Positions 20,648 through 31,053 of a stretch of DNA of 64,000 nucleotides are shown here, piece after piece (the first letter of the stretch is position 1; the number at the start of each line of letters is the position of its first letter). Location of the stretch: positions 32,001 through 96,000 of the IMG/VR virus record IMGVR_UViG_3300033073_001635; one strand, written 5' to 3'. A program made the position numbers and the translations under genes. Under the pieces are notes generated by a model, which worked only from the letters and a program-made list of their open reading frames with translations, did not search any database and was not told where the DNA came from. The DNA comes from a virus. Taxonomy: Duplodnaviria > Caudoviricetes.

Positions 20648-23600
20648 CTACTTTAATGATTTATTTATCAATTGATCTGGAGTGTAAGAATTCATATATC
20701 CTCTAAGTGTACCCTTTGGTAATTTAAATGGCAAAAGTGTTTGCCCTGCATCACTTAAAGTACCTATTGCTTCGGAAACAAAATTAGGTTCAGAATAAAT
20801 GATATTTTCTTTGTTAGCATATTCTTTCAACATAATATTAAATGTTTCCATTGCATCTGAAAAATCAGTAAATATATTTCCAAACTTGTTTTTAATTCTT
20901 CGCTTTGTATTGATCTTATCATAACCAGCGTAAATTAATGGTTTATTGTTTTTATATAAAGGAAATATTTGCATAAGATTTCCATCTGCAACTTGAGAAA
21001 CTAGCATATCTCCTGGAATTAATTTATTTGCTAAAAGACTATCTGGAGAACGAAGTTGATTAGCTACTACGTTATTAAAATTTGCACTAGCTAAAGCTAA
21101 AGCAGAAAAGAATGCAATAGGTAATTTAGTAGTTCTAAATTTAATAGTAGTGGCTAAAGCAATTGCAGCAGCACTACTTAAAAGACCAGTTATAGCACTT
21201 GTATCAATTAAAGAATCGATTGACGCATTTGGGTTGAGTATTTCAGCTTGTAATATAATATTATTAGTTTGAATTTGCTTTAACAAGTCTTCTACAATTG
21301 ATTCTTTAATTTTTTGTTGTGCTTCAGGTTTCATTTTTAATAAATCTGAATATCCAACTTGAATAGTATTAGGAAAAAGACCAAACATTTCAAACGCACC
21401 TACTTCTTTTTCAAACCATTTATCAACTAATTCCTTTAATCTTTTCTTAATTTGATCCTTACTACTTTGATCTTGATTTTTTCTGTACTTTTTTACAACT
21501 TCAACAAAATCAAAAGGTGATTTTTCTGCTAATTCTCGACCAACATCATACATAACTACACTATTAATAATAGGATATGTTAAACCTTCATTTGCAGTAA
21601 CTAAAGCATTTGGTTTGATTTCAGTAATGAATCCAGTATCCATACTAAAAATATGAGTCACAGCTTCTACTTCAATTGGTCCGTACATTTCAGTATACTG
21701 ATCATCTAATAAAATAACATCATAAGGATTTATTTCAGGATTCCCTAGTATAATAATTTCACCAGCATACATTTCCTTTGCAGCATTTAATAATTCAGAA
21801 GTACCATATCTAAGTGCACTGTTAAAGCCCTTGCAATTATCATACTTAACAGCTTTTGCATGTATTTGATCTTCAGGTATATTTTCATGTGATCTAATAA
21901 TTCTTTGTGTATATTCGGGATTCTCTGTGCTAGAATTGTTAACAAATAAAACAGCTATTTCATTAATCACATCATTATTAACACCTTTGATATTGTTTGC
22001 TACTAAATTAAATTTACTAGATACTAAATGATAATTTCTAAAAGGTATAAACCTCTTTTCAGTAATTCTATTCCATTCGTTTAAAAGTATACTTTTATAA
22101 ATTTTTATTTTAGGAGCATTAATATTCTCACCTTGTGCTTTTAGAGATTGGCCAACGTTAGTTATGTCTAAATAATCATCGACAAGATTAGCTGTTTCTC
22201 CAACTAATCTACGCATACTTGCTAAATCATTATTAGATATTGCTCTAATAATATCATTCATTCTATAAATTGTTCTGTTATTCAATGGTGTACCAAAGTA
22301 TCTTTGGTTTGGTAAACCAAAAAACATTCTATATTCTAAACCATTTCCATATTGTCTAGCACCATAAACCCATCCAGGGTGTCTTAAAGACATCTCATGA
22401 AAAACTTCCCAAATAGTATGGTTCTTTAATTTGAATATATTTTCTCCAATACTAGCATACATTCTTTTATCCATAGCTAATGTTCGACCTAGTATTATAT
22501 CTTTTTGAAGTTTTTCAGCAGTAGCTTCAGTACTATACATAGAAAATGCATTTAAAAAAGCAATACCGGTTTTTTTAATTAAATCTTTAGATCTAACACT
22601 CATTACTTCATTAATAGGTTTTATATATCTATCTGGATGAGGTGCATAGATTGCATCATCTTGAGGGGATAAAGCAATCTTTTCAGAATAAGGATTTAAA
22701 GTATTATTTAATAAATCTACAAGATAATTAGTACTTGCAGAAACAACACTAGATATTATATCTATACTAGCTCCAATACCTAATGCAAGTAATGAAAATT
22801 TTGCTGATTTAACTACGCCTAAACTAACTGCTTCTAATGCTGAACGTCCTGCATATAAAAGATTAAAATTAGTAGACATTTCTTTTACTAATGCATTTGC
22901 TACTTTTTGATTCAATATACCTTGTTGAGTAGCTTTTTGAATTCCTGATAGTAAAGCTTTAGGACTTACAGTTAATAAACGTTCTAAATTAGTTCCTGAT
23001 CTTGCAATATTAAACCCAAAACTTTTTGCAACGCCAGTAAGGATAGCTCCCCTGCCTCCTGCAGCTGTAGCTTCTAAAGTAGCTCTAACACTAGCTTCAA
23101 TTGCATCATCTGCTAAAGTTGCAGTTCCAGCTGCAATATCTTTTAATACAGAGTTTACAATTAAAGTATTTTTAGCTGGATTCCAACCAGAACCAAAAGC
23201 CCATCTAAAAGGTGCTAATAATCCCTTAGAATACCATTTAGTACCAGTTAAAACATTATCTACAATATTCATTGATGAGGCTAAATACTGTGCGGTTTTG
23301 CTTATAAAGCTACCTTTAGCCGTACTTTTAGCTGCTGCTTTTGTAGCTTCAGTTACTGTTGCTTCCGCAGCTTCTTTGGCACCTGCTTCTGCCGCTTCTT
23401 TAGCAGCACTTTTTGCTACAGCTTCAGCACCTTCAACTACAGCTTCTTTTACAAGACCTTTTGCACCACCAATAAATACAGTACCTACAGAAAATAAAAC
23501 ATCAGCAAGTACAAACCATCCCCAATTTGATTGAAAGAATTGGAACATACTATCACTGTAACCAGGAGGAGTTCCAAGATAGCTTTCTTTTGAAACAGCA

Positions 23601-26600
23601 ATTTCTTTAGATTCAGAATTGTTAATACCAGTTTGAAATAATCTTTCTTTTTTAAAGCGACCAAAATGTTTTAATTCGTTTCTAAACATACACCAACCGA
23701 GTAATTTGTGAGTAGTATGAAATTCTAATTCGCTTACACCAGAATCAGCATCTGAAGAACCATATTTCCTAACTTCTAATTCTACACCAAAAGATTGAAT
23801 TACAACTTCACACATATCACCACTAGAAGACCAAGAAACATCGGCAATTTTCCCTGATAAAAGAATAGTTAATTCTTTTGGATTAGATGAATAACCTGCT
23901 CTTAATTGACAAGAAACACCTGGTCTTAAAACTAAAGATTCTATTACTTGAGTATTACTTTGTTCAGCTTTCTTTTCTGCTTCAACTTCTTTAATTCGAT
24001 TTGTAGCCATTTCATAATCAACATCTCTAATTACTCCAAGTTTAGTTCCATCAAGCACACCTGAAATATTTTGCAATTTAATAATTGCAGTATCTGCTGC
24101 TAATTTTTTAGATTTATAAACTGTAAAATCTTTTACTGCACTAAATGAGTAAAAATCATCAAATACAAAATAAGTATCAGATTCGATTGCATCTTCTTCG
24201 ATTAAAAATAATCTAAAAGTAGGATACGCTTTTTGCATTTTAAATTGTTTTTCAAATAATTTTCTACCAGATTGTTTCATTACTTCAGATATATCTTGTT
24301 TTTTATTGCTCAAATCTGCATCGTCAAAAATACCTAATTTACCAGCAATAGCATTATCTGTGTCTGAATTTCCAAAAAATAAAGAATCACTTTTTTCATT
24401 ATATTTTTTATAAAAATTTAATAGCTCTAATGGTTCATTTAAAAACCCAGTTCTAGAACCAAAAGCAACATCAATTGCATTCGTTTTATCTTCTATTTCT
24501 TTCAATTTATTATTTAATGTAGTTAATTTTTGTGCAGATTCAGAATTCTCTATTAAATTTTTTATATCTATAAAAGCAATATCATTTGCAGTTAAATTAA
24601 CATTTGAATCTCGTTCAAATGTAATTTTAACGGATGCATTTGGATTTAAGATTAATTCTCTAAAACTATCTCCTGAACCACCTTTTATTATATATGAACT
24701 AGAAGAAGAATCTTGAGTGTCTATTAGAATATCTTTTATATAATTATCCGATGCATTACCTTTTGTAATATTTTTCCCATCTTCAGTAACAAATCCTTTT
24801 TCTAAATCATTCATAAATTTTAAAGATTTTTTTAGAATATTATTTGCACGTGCATCTATATCAGATAAAAGTTTATCATTAAAATCAGATTCGTAATAGA
24901 AAAATCCAGGATTTAAATTTACGTTTGAGTTGATTTCCGCAGGATCCATTGGCAAGTCTATATCGGGATAATTATTTCTATCTCCTCCAAAATCAAATAG
25001 ATCCGATGTATTTTCATTCTCAGATATATTCAAATTTGCTTTAAATAATTCACTTGACAATAGCTCTTTAATTACTTCTTCTAATAGTAATTTTAAGAAA
25101 GCTATGGTTTTATCATTATGAGTTTTATATTCTTCAACTATTTCTTTCTTCAAGAGAGAAGGAATATTAAAGAATAAATCTTTTAAATTTAAATATTTTA
25201 AATCTTCATTTTCCTTTGAAAAATCATAATCTTTTTCATTATAATCTTGTTTGTCAAATAAAGATTCGATTTTATCTTCAAATTGAAAAGATTCTGAAAT
25301 AGAAAATGAAGATTCATTTGTTTTATTTAAATAGTCGTCAAAATTATTTAAAAATTCTTCTTTTAAATAAGGTATTTTGTTATATAACTCATGCATTGAA
25401 TCTTTTTCATTTATAGATATTGCAATATAGTTGTCAGTCAAAGTTAATTTTTCTTTAAAAGTTTTAATTACATTTTTCTTGTTTTCTTCAAACTTTGGTT
25501 CTTTTGGCAAATCATTACTAATAAAACTTAATTGAGAATAAAGAGTAGGCCAATCTGTATTAGAAAATTTTCCAGAAATAATTTCTCCAGAAGGATAAGC
25601 AATTTCTAATTCAGTGTTTTTATATGATTCTTTAGCTTGCTTAAAAATTTCATCTATAGTTAATGAAGAGTCAATTTTATTATAATCACTTTTTGCTTGT
25701 TCTAAATTCTTTTTAATATCTTCAATATTTATTATATAAGTTTCAACTTGTGTATTTAATGGCTCTAAAGTTTTATTAAAGTTTTCTGTTTTAATATTAT
25801 ATAGAGGTCCTCCTTTAACATTTTTTATAAAATCATTCTTCATTTGTTTTATTTGATTTTTTAAATTTGTTAAGTTTTCATTAGCCAACGCTAAATCATC
25901 TTCATACTTCTTTTTCTTATCTTGTAATTCATTTTTTCTTTTTTTATAATCTTCTTCAGTAATTAACCCTAAATTATCTGTATGAGAAAAAATTTCATTT
26001 GCTTCTTCTGTTTTTGATGAAAAATAGTCAAATGAAACTTCTTTATTTTCTGCGTCAAAATAAATATCATGGTTTTCTTTAAAAAATGGGGTTCCTTTTA
26101 AAAAAGGAAAACCTAAAATATATTTTAACCAATCTTCTGCAAATTTAACTTGAATAACATCATTATTTACTAAACCATTCTTTTCTTTAATTTCTCCTTC
26201 TTCAAAATAAGATTGATTAATAATATTGCTCAATGAAAAACTTAAGCCTTGATTCATTTCTTTAAAAAAAATACTAGTCTTATAATACTTTAGAATTATA
26301 GGATTGTTAATTAAATATTGTTTCACTATATCTTTTGAAAAATCCCAAACCTCTTCTCCATTGTTTATTCTTTCTAAAAAGTCATTTAAACCAAAAGATA
26401 AAGATTCTTCATAATCTATTTGATTATATATTTGAGATAGAATAGATAGACCTGAGTTTTTATCAAAAGAAACTTTATTAATTCCAGATTGATCCAGAAT
26501 GATTTGTTTTAAAACTACTATATTGATCCAATTACCTATATTGCCGTAATCTTCTCCATAAAAAACTCTTTTATTTTTAATTGATTCATTTTTAAGCCCT

Positions 26601-29600
26601 GCCAAAAGAGGAACAGGTAGAACAGCTAGAGTAGCTAGTACTAAAGCCATTGTTGTTATAACTGGCATTGTTGAAACGAATAAAACTGTACCCAAAGCAC
26701 CAAGCACAGCACTGCCAAATATAGAGTTATCTATAATTCTAGTAAGGCTTGCTTGATTTACTGTTTTCAATAACTTAGCTGTAAAACTTTTTGGATTATG
26801 ATTTAAAAACAAATCTTTATTAGCAATATTTGGAGTTTGTTGTTTTAACTTCACATCCTCAACATCATCTTCGTAACTTTCTAAAGATAGACCAGTAATA
26901 CTATAATATAAATTATTAAAATATAATGGCGTTACATTTATTCCATAAAAATTAGAATTTATTCTTTGTAACTCTTTATTGATTTCAGTTTCGCTATCTA
27001 AATATACATATGGTTCTATTAACAAAACACTAGCTAGTAAATGAAAATCACAAATCATTGAAAGTAATTTTTTTACTTTCAATTCTTCTTTTGCATTTGA
27101 AGTTTCTCTTTTAGTAAAAGTTGAAGCAGTTAATGGATCTAATATATAAATTTTATATTCTAAATCATATTCTGTTCTTTTAGATTCAACAACAGCATCT
27201 ATTTTATTTTCTTTAAAATAACGTCTTAATACCTCCTCTGTAGCGGGGTCTCTTTCTTTATTTGTAATTTTATATTTTTCTACGAAGTCATTGTACTTTT
27301 CTGATTTTGATAAATCATCAATCGCTTCAACATCATAAACATAAACAGTTGATTCATTTGTTACATTAGAGCTCATTAATTTTTGCTTTATAGAATTTTC
27401 TAAATCAACAAATCTTTTTTCTTCATAATTTGTTCCAAAAAAAGAATCAACTGAATCTCTATTAAAAAGCTCATCTAGTTGTTTTAAAAATTTATCTTGT
27501 CTCAAGCTTTCATCATATAAATTGGCTTCTTTTGAAAAATTAATTTTAGTATTTTGAATAAAATCTGAATCAACATCATTATCTAATTCGTCTACACCAT
27601 TCTCATTTTCAACAGGATTTAAAGTAGTGTTAGTATCTGATCCAATATTGATTTTATTAAATAAATTTTTAAATTGAGGATGTATTCCAGGATCAGATCC
27701 TCCGCCTAATAAAGTTATACTCTCAATAATGTTATTATCTAAGTAGTCTTTATTTAAATAATAATTTAAAAAATCAAAAGTGTGACCGGTATCTAAATTA
27801 GGATTATTTATAATTTCATATATTGTATTCTGTCCCTCACTAGGATACTTATCTTTAAAAATATCAACTTTATTTGAACCAAAATTAATTCCATACTTAC
27901 CATTTTTATCAGCAGACCAAAAATAAGAATTTTGATATTCAGGTGAATAATTCTCATCAGTTTTAAAAGAATTTATTTTTAAATTTCTTAAAGCAAAATA
28001 TAATTCTTTTTCTTCTTCATTTAAATTAGAAAACTTTTTTTTATCAAACTCTTTTAATGCAGCTACTGTAGTATCGTTTTGGTCAGCATATTCTGTTAGT
28101 TTTGAATCATAACTTGATTGATCCAACATATTAGATCTTAAATCAATATGTACAAAACCGGTTTCAGATTTTTGACCACCCATTACTGTAGCGTATTCAA
28201 ATTCTAAAGCAGGAGTGCTTCCTGGAAATCTAAAAGAATTTCTTTTTAAAATATCATTACCATATACTCCAATTCCAATTTTACTCTTATTATTTTCAGC
28301 AATTTGTTTAAGTCTACGAAAGATATGAATTACATTAAAATTTGGCACTACAATATCTACTGCAGATCCAAAATAATGTTGAGAAAAAGTAGTTCTTGTA
28401 TCTTCTTCTTGAGTTGTAAACCCACTAGTTATTTGAACACCTTTAAATAATTCTTTAAACTGCTGCAAATAATCAACTAATGGATCTAGATATTCAGTTG
28501 CTAATTTATATAAATTAGTATTTACAACTTTTGAAATTCGTTTTTGACTAAGTAATGTTTTTAATTCTTCTTTTTTGTTAACATAACTTTTAAAAAAATC
28601 CCAAGATTTAAAATATTTACTTTGCCATTCAAAAACATTGTCATCAGTAAATTCTTGCACTATACCTTGTTTTAAATCAAAATTTCTAGAACTATAATTA
28701 GAATTATCACAATTCATTAAAGCATAATTAACAACATCGTTATATAAATTTTCGTTCTTTGCTGTTTTGTTAGTAGTTAATTCTTTTAATCTTTCTGAAT
28801 CATATACATTGGTTTCACTTAAACGCATAGTATATGCAGAAGCTCCAGGATTAGATTCTAAAGTTCTATATTCAGTACTTTCAATACTGATTGGTTTCTT
28901 TACATTTATAAAGTAACTTTCCTTATCGTCTATGTTTTCTTTAATTAGATATTCTTCTTTAAAAGAACCAAATAGTCTTGTAATAAAAGAATCAACTAAG
29001 ATGCCAGTACCATCTGGTACAAATTTATATTCTCTAGCAGTTCTAAGTGTTGTAGTATTTATTTCCTCTAAACGTTTTATTGCATTTGGAAGATCACTTG
29101 CAGAATCTTCCAAACCATTTGCATGCATGTTATTAGAAGCAATTAAATTTAATTGATAATTTGGCTCCATACTACTTAAAAATTGTGTAGTAGGATATGC
29201 TTGTCCTAATATTGGAATATTTGCTGTTAAAGAATTGATTCCACCAGAAACTGAAACTAAAACATTATCTTTTGTTTTAAAATCAGGTCCATCTTCAATA
29301 GTTAAAGGGAGTACTTTTGTCTTAGTAAATATATTACTTACATAGTTTTTTTCCAACCATGGTTGATATGGCGATTCATTTGTTTCAGATCCATTTAAAA
29401 ACGAATTCATTGTTTTGAATGTTTTTAAATCATCTTCTGTTAAATATTTTAGTGGCCATGCTTCTTCAACAACAGGCGTTGGTGTCTGAATTTCAGGTTT
29501 TGGTTCTGGTTTCGGTGGTTCAGGTGGAATTTCAGCGACAGGAGCTGGTTCTACTACTGGTGGAGGTACTGGTTCAGGTATTGGTTGAGGTGGAGGCGCA

Positions 29601-31051
29601 GGCAGTTCAGGAGTAGCATTTGCAGGTACAATCGCTTGAGGTTTTACTTCTTCTTTTTTTGTATAAGGTCTTAGTTGCAGATAATACCTTAAGGTATTAT
29701 CTGCAAATTTATAACCAAATTTATCAAAATAAAGCCTAATAAAAGGGGCTATTATTTTAAAGACTTCTTCCTCTTTTACTAATTTGTCTAAACCTTTTCC
29801 ATAAATAGCAAATCCTTCTGGGGTACCTGAACTAAAACGTAAATTTATTTCATTTTTTACATTATCATAATGTACTAAAATGGAACTGTTAATAGTTACT
29901 TTATTAAAATTAAGAAATTGGAATTGCATGTTTTCATCTATATTACCTTGTTCTAATTTTCTTAATTTTTCCAAATTAGTTGTAAGTCTTTCTTTAGTAT
30001 CTGTTGAACTAGGATTTTCAATTAAAAATTTTTCAATAAATTTAATAGATTCAGGATTTTTCTTTAAAGAAATAGAAGGTAGATAAACTTCATTGCCAGA
30101 ATCGTAAAACTCAGAAACTTGAGCATCGTTAAAATTTTCTGCAAGAAAAGTATAAAAGGAATTCTCGTTAGCTATTTCTAAATTTTTTCTTGATTTTAAA
30201 GTACGTAAAGCATCATTTATTTTTTCTCTTACTTCTTCAGATACAGATTCTCCTTTAAAACTTTCTACTTGATTTCCCATATCAATAAAAAAATCCATTT
30301 TCTCTTTAAATGGAGTATTATTTGGTTTTTTTATTTGACTATAGAATTCTTTTATAAAAAAGAATTCAGTTTTAGAATATTTATAAAATATATCATATGT
30401 TTTCTCTGACATTACATAAAAATGATCGTTAATTATTTCGTAATACTGTCCCATAGGCGCAGTAAATTCATTTTTTCCAGGCTCTACTGCGCCTGGTCTG
30501 TCTCCTGGTCTTTTTTCTGCTAGCCAACGAAAATGACTTCTACCGTCAGTGAAAAAGAATATAAAACAAAAATTTTCTTTAATATACTTTTTATATTCTT
30601 CTGAATTGTTAAATCCTAAAGAATTAATTAATTCTTTAGTTGTATTACTATAAAAACGAGAATAAGTATCATCTAATAAATATAGGGTTAAAGGCTTATC
30701 TACTTTTTTTAAATTAATCGAAATTGGAGAATTAGAAATATTATCAAAAAACCCACCATGTAGAATTTGAAATCCCTCTACACAAGGTGGACAGCCTGTA
30801 CTACCTTCTGTAAGAAAAATTACTTTTTTTGTAGCTTTACTATATCTTTTTAATGCGGTTGCAAATGCAGTAGCTTTATTTTTTAAAGCTTGTCTGACTT
30901 TTGGTACATTGTAATCATCTGTAGAATCCCCAATACCAAAATACATTACTTCAGCATATTCGTCAGAAATCCCTAATCTCTCAATTGACATGTTTTGTGC
31001 AGCTGCATATTCTTTTGCAGTCATTAATCCTTTGATACCTAATTCATTCAT
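20648..31051 (-). CDS. Giant baseplate hub protein (gp27-like) with thioredoxin-like, M15 peptidase and membrane-hairpin modules
   Basis: 3467 aa. Hub-like motifs LRAGYSSNPKELTILLSGKIADV and GEIIILGNPEINPYD...VEAVTHIFSMDTGFITEIKP; CPPC at aa 87-90; SQHYFGSAVD...FVHID; Pro-rich linker; several hydrophobic segments. Confidence 0.75.
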   Translation of the reverse strand: MNELGIKGLMTAKEYAAAQNMSIERLGISDEYAEVMYFGIGDSTDDYNVPKVRQALKNKATAFATALKRYSKATKKVIFLTEGSTGCPPCVEGFQILHGGFFDNISNSPISINLKKVDKPLTLYLLDDTYSRFYSNTTKELINSLGFNNSEEYKKYIKENFCFIFFFTDGRSHFRWLAEKRPGDRPGAVEPGKNEFTAPMGQYYEIINDHFYVMSEKTYDIFYKYSKTEFFFIKEFYSQIKKPNNTPFKEKMDFFIDMGNQVESFKGESVSEEVREKINDALRTLKSRKNLEIANENSFYTFLAENFNDAQVSEFYDSGNEVYLPSISLKKNPESIKFIEKFLIENPSSTDTKERLTTNLEKLRKLEQGNIDENMQFQFLNFNKVTINSSILVHYDNVKNEINLRFSSGTPEGFAIYGKGLDKLVKEEEVFKIIAPFIRLYFDKFGYKFADNTLRYYLQLRPYTKKEEVKPQAIVPANATPELPAPPPQPIPEPVPPPVVEPAPVAEIPPEPPKPEPKPEIQTPTPVVEEAWPLKYLTEDDLKTFKTMNSFLNGSETNESPYQPWLEKNYVSNIFTKTKVLPLTIEDGPDFKTKDNVLVSVSGGINSLTANIPILGQAYPTTQFLSSMEPNYQLNLIASNNMHANGLEDSASDLPNAIKRLEEINTTTLRTAREYKFVPDGTGILVDSFITRLFGSFKEEYLIKENIDDKESYFINVKKPISIESTEYRTLESNPGASAYTMRLSETNVYDSERLKELTTNKTAKNENLYNDVVNYALMNCDNSNYSSRNFDLKQGIVQEFTDDNVFEWQSKYFKSWDFFKSYVNKKEELKTLLSQKRISKVVNTNLYKLATEYLDPLVDYLQQFKELFKGVQITSGFTTQEEDTRTTFSQHYFGSAVDIVVPNFNVIHIFRRLKQIAENNKSKIGIGVYGNDILKRNSFRFPGSTPALEFEYATVMGGQKSETGFVHIDLRSNMLDQSSYDSKLTEYADQNDTTVAALKEFDKKKFSNLNEEEKELYFALRNLKINSFKTDENYSPEYQNSYFWSADKNGKYGINFGSNKVDIFKDKYPSEGQNTIYEIINNPNLDTGHTFDFLNYYLNKDYLDNNIIESITLLGGGSDPGIHPQFKNLFNKINIGSDTNTTLNPVENENGVDELDNDVDSDFIQNTKINFSKEANLYDESLRQDKFLKQLDELFNRDSVDSFFGTNYEEKRFVDLENSIKQKLMSSNVTNESTVYVYDVEAIDDLSKSEKYNDFVEKYKITNKERDPATEEVLRRYFKENKIDAVVESKRTEYDLEYKIYILDPLTASTFTKRETSNAKEELKVKKLLSMICDFHLLASVLLIEPYVYLDSETEINKELQRINSNFYGINVTPLYFNNLYYSITGLSLESYEDDVEDVKLKQQTPNIANKDLFLNHNPKSFTAKLLKTVNQASLTRIIDNSIFGSAVLGALGTVLFVSTMPVITTMALVLATLAVLPVPLLAGLKNESIKNKRVFYGEDYGNIGNWINIVVLKQIILDQSGINKVSFDKNSGLSILSQIYNQIDYEESLSFGLNDFLERINNGEEVWDFSKDIVKQYLINNPIILKYYKTSIFFKEMNQGLSFSLSNIINQSYFEEGEIKEKNGLVNNDVIQVKFAEDWLKYILGFPFLKGTPFFKENHDIYFDAENKEVSFDYFSSKTEEANEIFSHTDNLGLITEEDYKKRKNELQDKKKKYEDDLALANENLTNLKNQIKQMKNDFIKNVKGGPLYNIKTENFNKTLEPLNTQVETYIINIEDIKKNLEQAKSDYNKIDSSLTIDEIFKQAKESYKNTELEIAYPSGEIISGKFSNTDWPTLYSQLSFISNDLPKEPKFEENKKNVIKTFKEKLTLTDNYIAISINEKDSMHELYNKIPYLKEEFLNNFDDYLNKTNESSFSISESFQFEDKIESLFDKQDYNEKDYDFSKENEDLKYLNLKDLFFNIPSLLKKEIVEEYKTHNDKTIAFLKLLLEEVIKELLSSELFKANLNISENENTSDLFDFGGDRNNYPDIDLPMDPAEINSNVNLNPGFFYYESDFNDKLLSDIDARANNILKKSLKFMNDLEKGFVTEDGKNITKGNASDNYIKDILIDTQDSSSSSYIIKGGSGDSFRELILNPNASVKITFERDSNVNLTANDIAFIDIKNLIENSESAQKLTTLNNKLKEIEDKTNAIDVAFGSRTGFLNEPLELLNFYKKYNEKSDSLFFGNSDTDNAIAGKLGIFDDADLSNKKQDISEVMKQSGRKLFEKQFKMQKAYPTFRLFLIEEDAIESDTYFVFDDFYSFSAVKDFTVYKSKKLAADTAIIKLQNISGVLDGTKLGVIRDVDYEMATNRIKEVEAEKKAEQSNTQVIESLVLRPGVSCQLRAGYSSNPKELTILLSGKIADVSWSSSGDMCEVVIQSFGVELEVRKYGSSDADSGVSELEFHTTHKLLGWCMFRNELKHFGRFKKERLFQTGINNSESKEIAVSKESYLGTPPGYSDSMFQFFQSNWGWFVLADVLFSVGTVFIGGAKGLVKEAVVEGAEAVAKSAAKEAAEAGAKEAAEATVTEATKAAAKSTAKGSFISKTAQYLASSMNIVDNVLTGTKWYSKGLLAPFRWAFGSGWNPAKNTLIVNSVLKDIAAGTATLADDAIEASVRATLEATAAGGRGAILTGVAKSFGFNIARSGTNLERLLTVSPKALLSGIQKATQQGILNQKVANALVKEMSTNFNLLYAGRSALEAVSLGVVKSAKFSLLALGIGASIDIISSVVSASTNYLVDLLNNTLNPYSEKIALSPQDDAIYAPHPDRYIKPINEVMSVRSKDLIKKTGIAFLNAFSMYSTEATAEKLQKDIILGRTLAMDKRMYASIGENIFKLKNHTIWEVFHEMSLRHPGWVYGARQYGNGLEYRMFFGLPNQRYFGTPLNNRTIYRMNDIIRAISNNDLASMRRLVGETANLVDDYLDITNVGQSLKAQGENINAPKIKIYKSILLNEWNRITEKRFIPFRNYHLVSSKFNLVANNIKGVNNDVINEIAVLFVNNSSTENPEYTQRIIRSHENIPEDQIHAKAVKYDNCKGFNSALRYGTSELLNAAKEMYAGEIIILGNPEINPYDVILLDDQYTEMYGPIEVEAVTHIFSMDTGFITEIKPNALVTANEGLTYPIINSVVMYDVGRELAEKSPFDFVEVVKKYRKNQDQSSKDQIKKRLKELVDKWFEKEVGAFEMFGLFPNTIQVGYSDLLKMKPEAQQKIKESIVEDLLKQIQTNNIILQAEILNPNASIDSLIDTSAITGLLSSAAAIALATTIKFRTTKLPIAFFSALALASANFNNVVANQLRSPDSLLANKLIPGDMLVSQVADGNLMQIFPLYKNNKPLIYAGYDKINTKRRIKNKFGNIFTDFSDAMETFNIMLKEYANKENIIYSEPNFVSEAIGTLSDAGQTLLPFKLPKGTLRGYMNSYTPDQLINKSLK
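23290..23470 (-). repeat. Ala/Glu/Lys-rich degenerate repeat inside the hub protein
   Basis: AEAVAKSAAKEAAEAGAKEAAEATVTEATKAAAKS. Confidence 0.75.
29455..29640 (-). repeat. Pro/Glu-rich low-complexity linker inside the hub protein
   Basis: PELPAPPPQPIPEPVPPPVVEPAPVAEIPPEPPKPEPKPE; locally GC-rich DNA. Confidence 0.85.
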
Positions 31052-31053
31052 TT

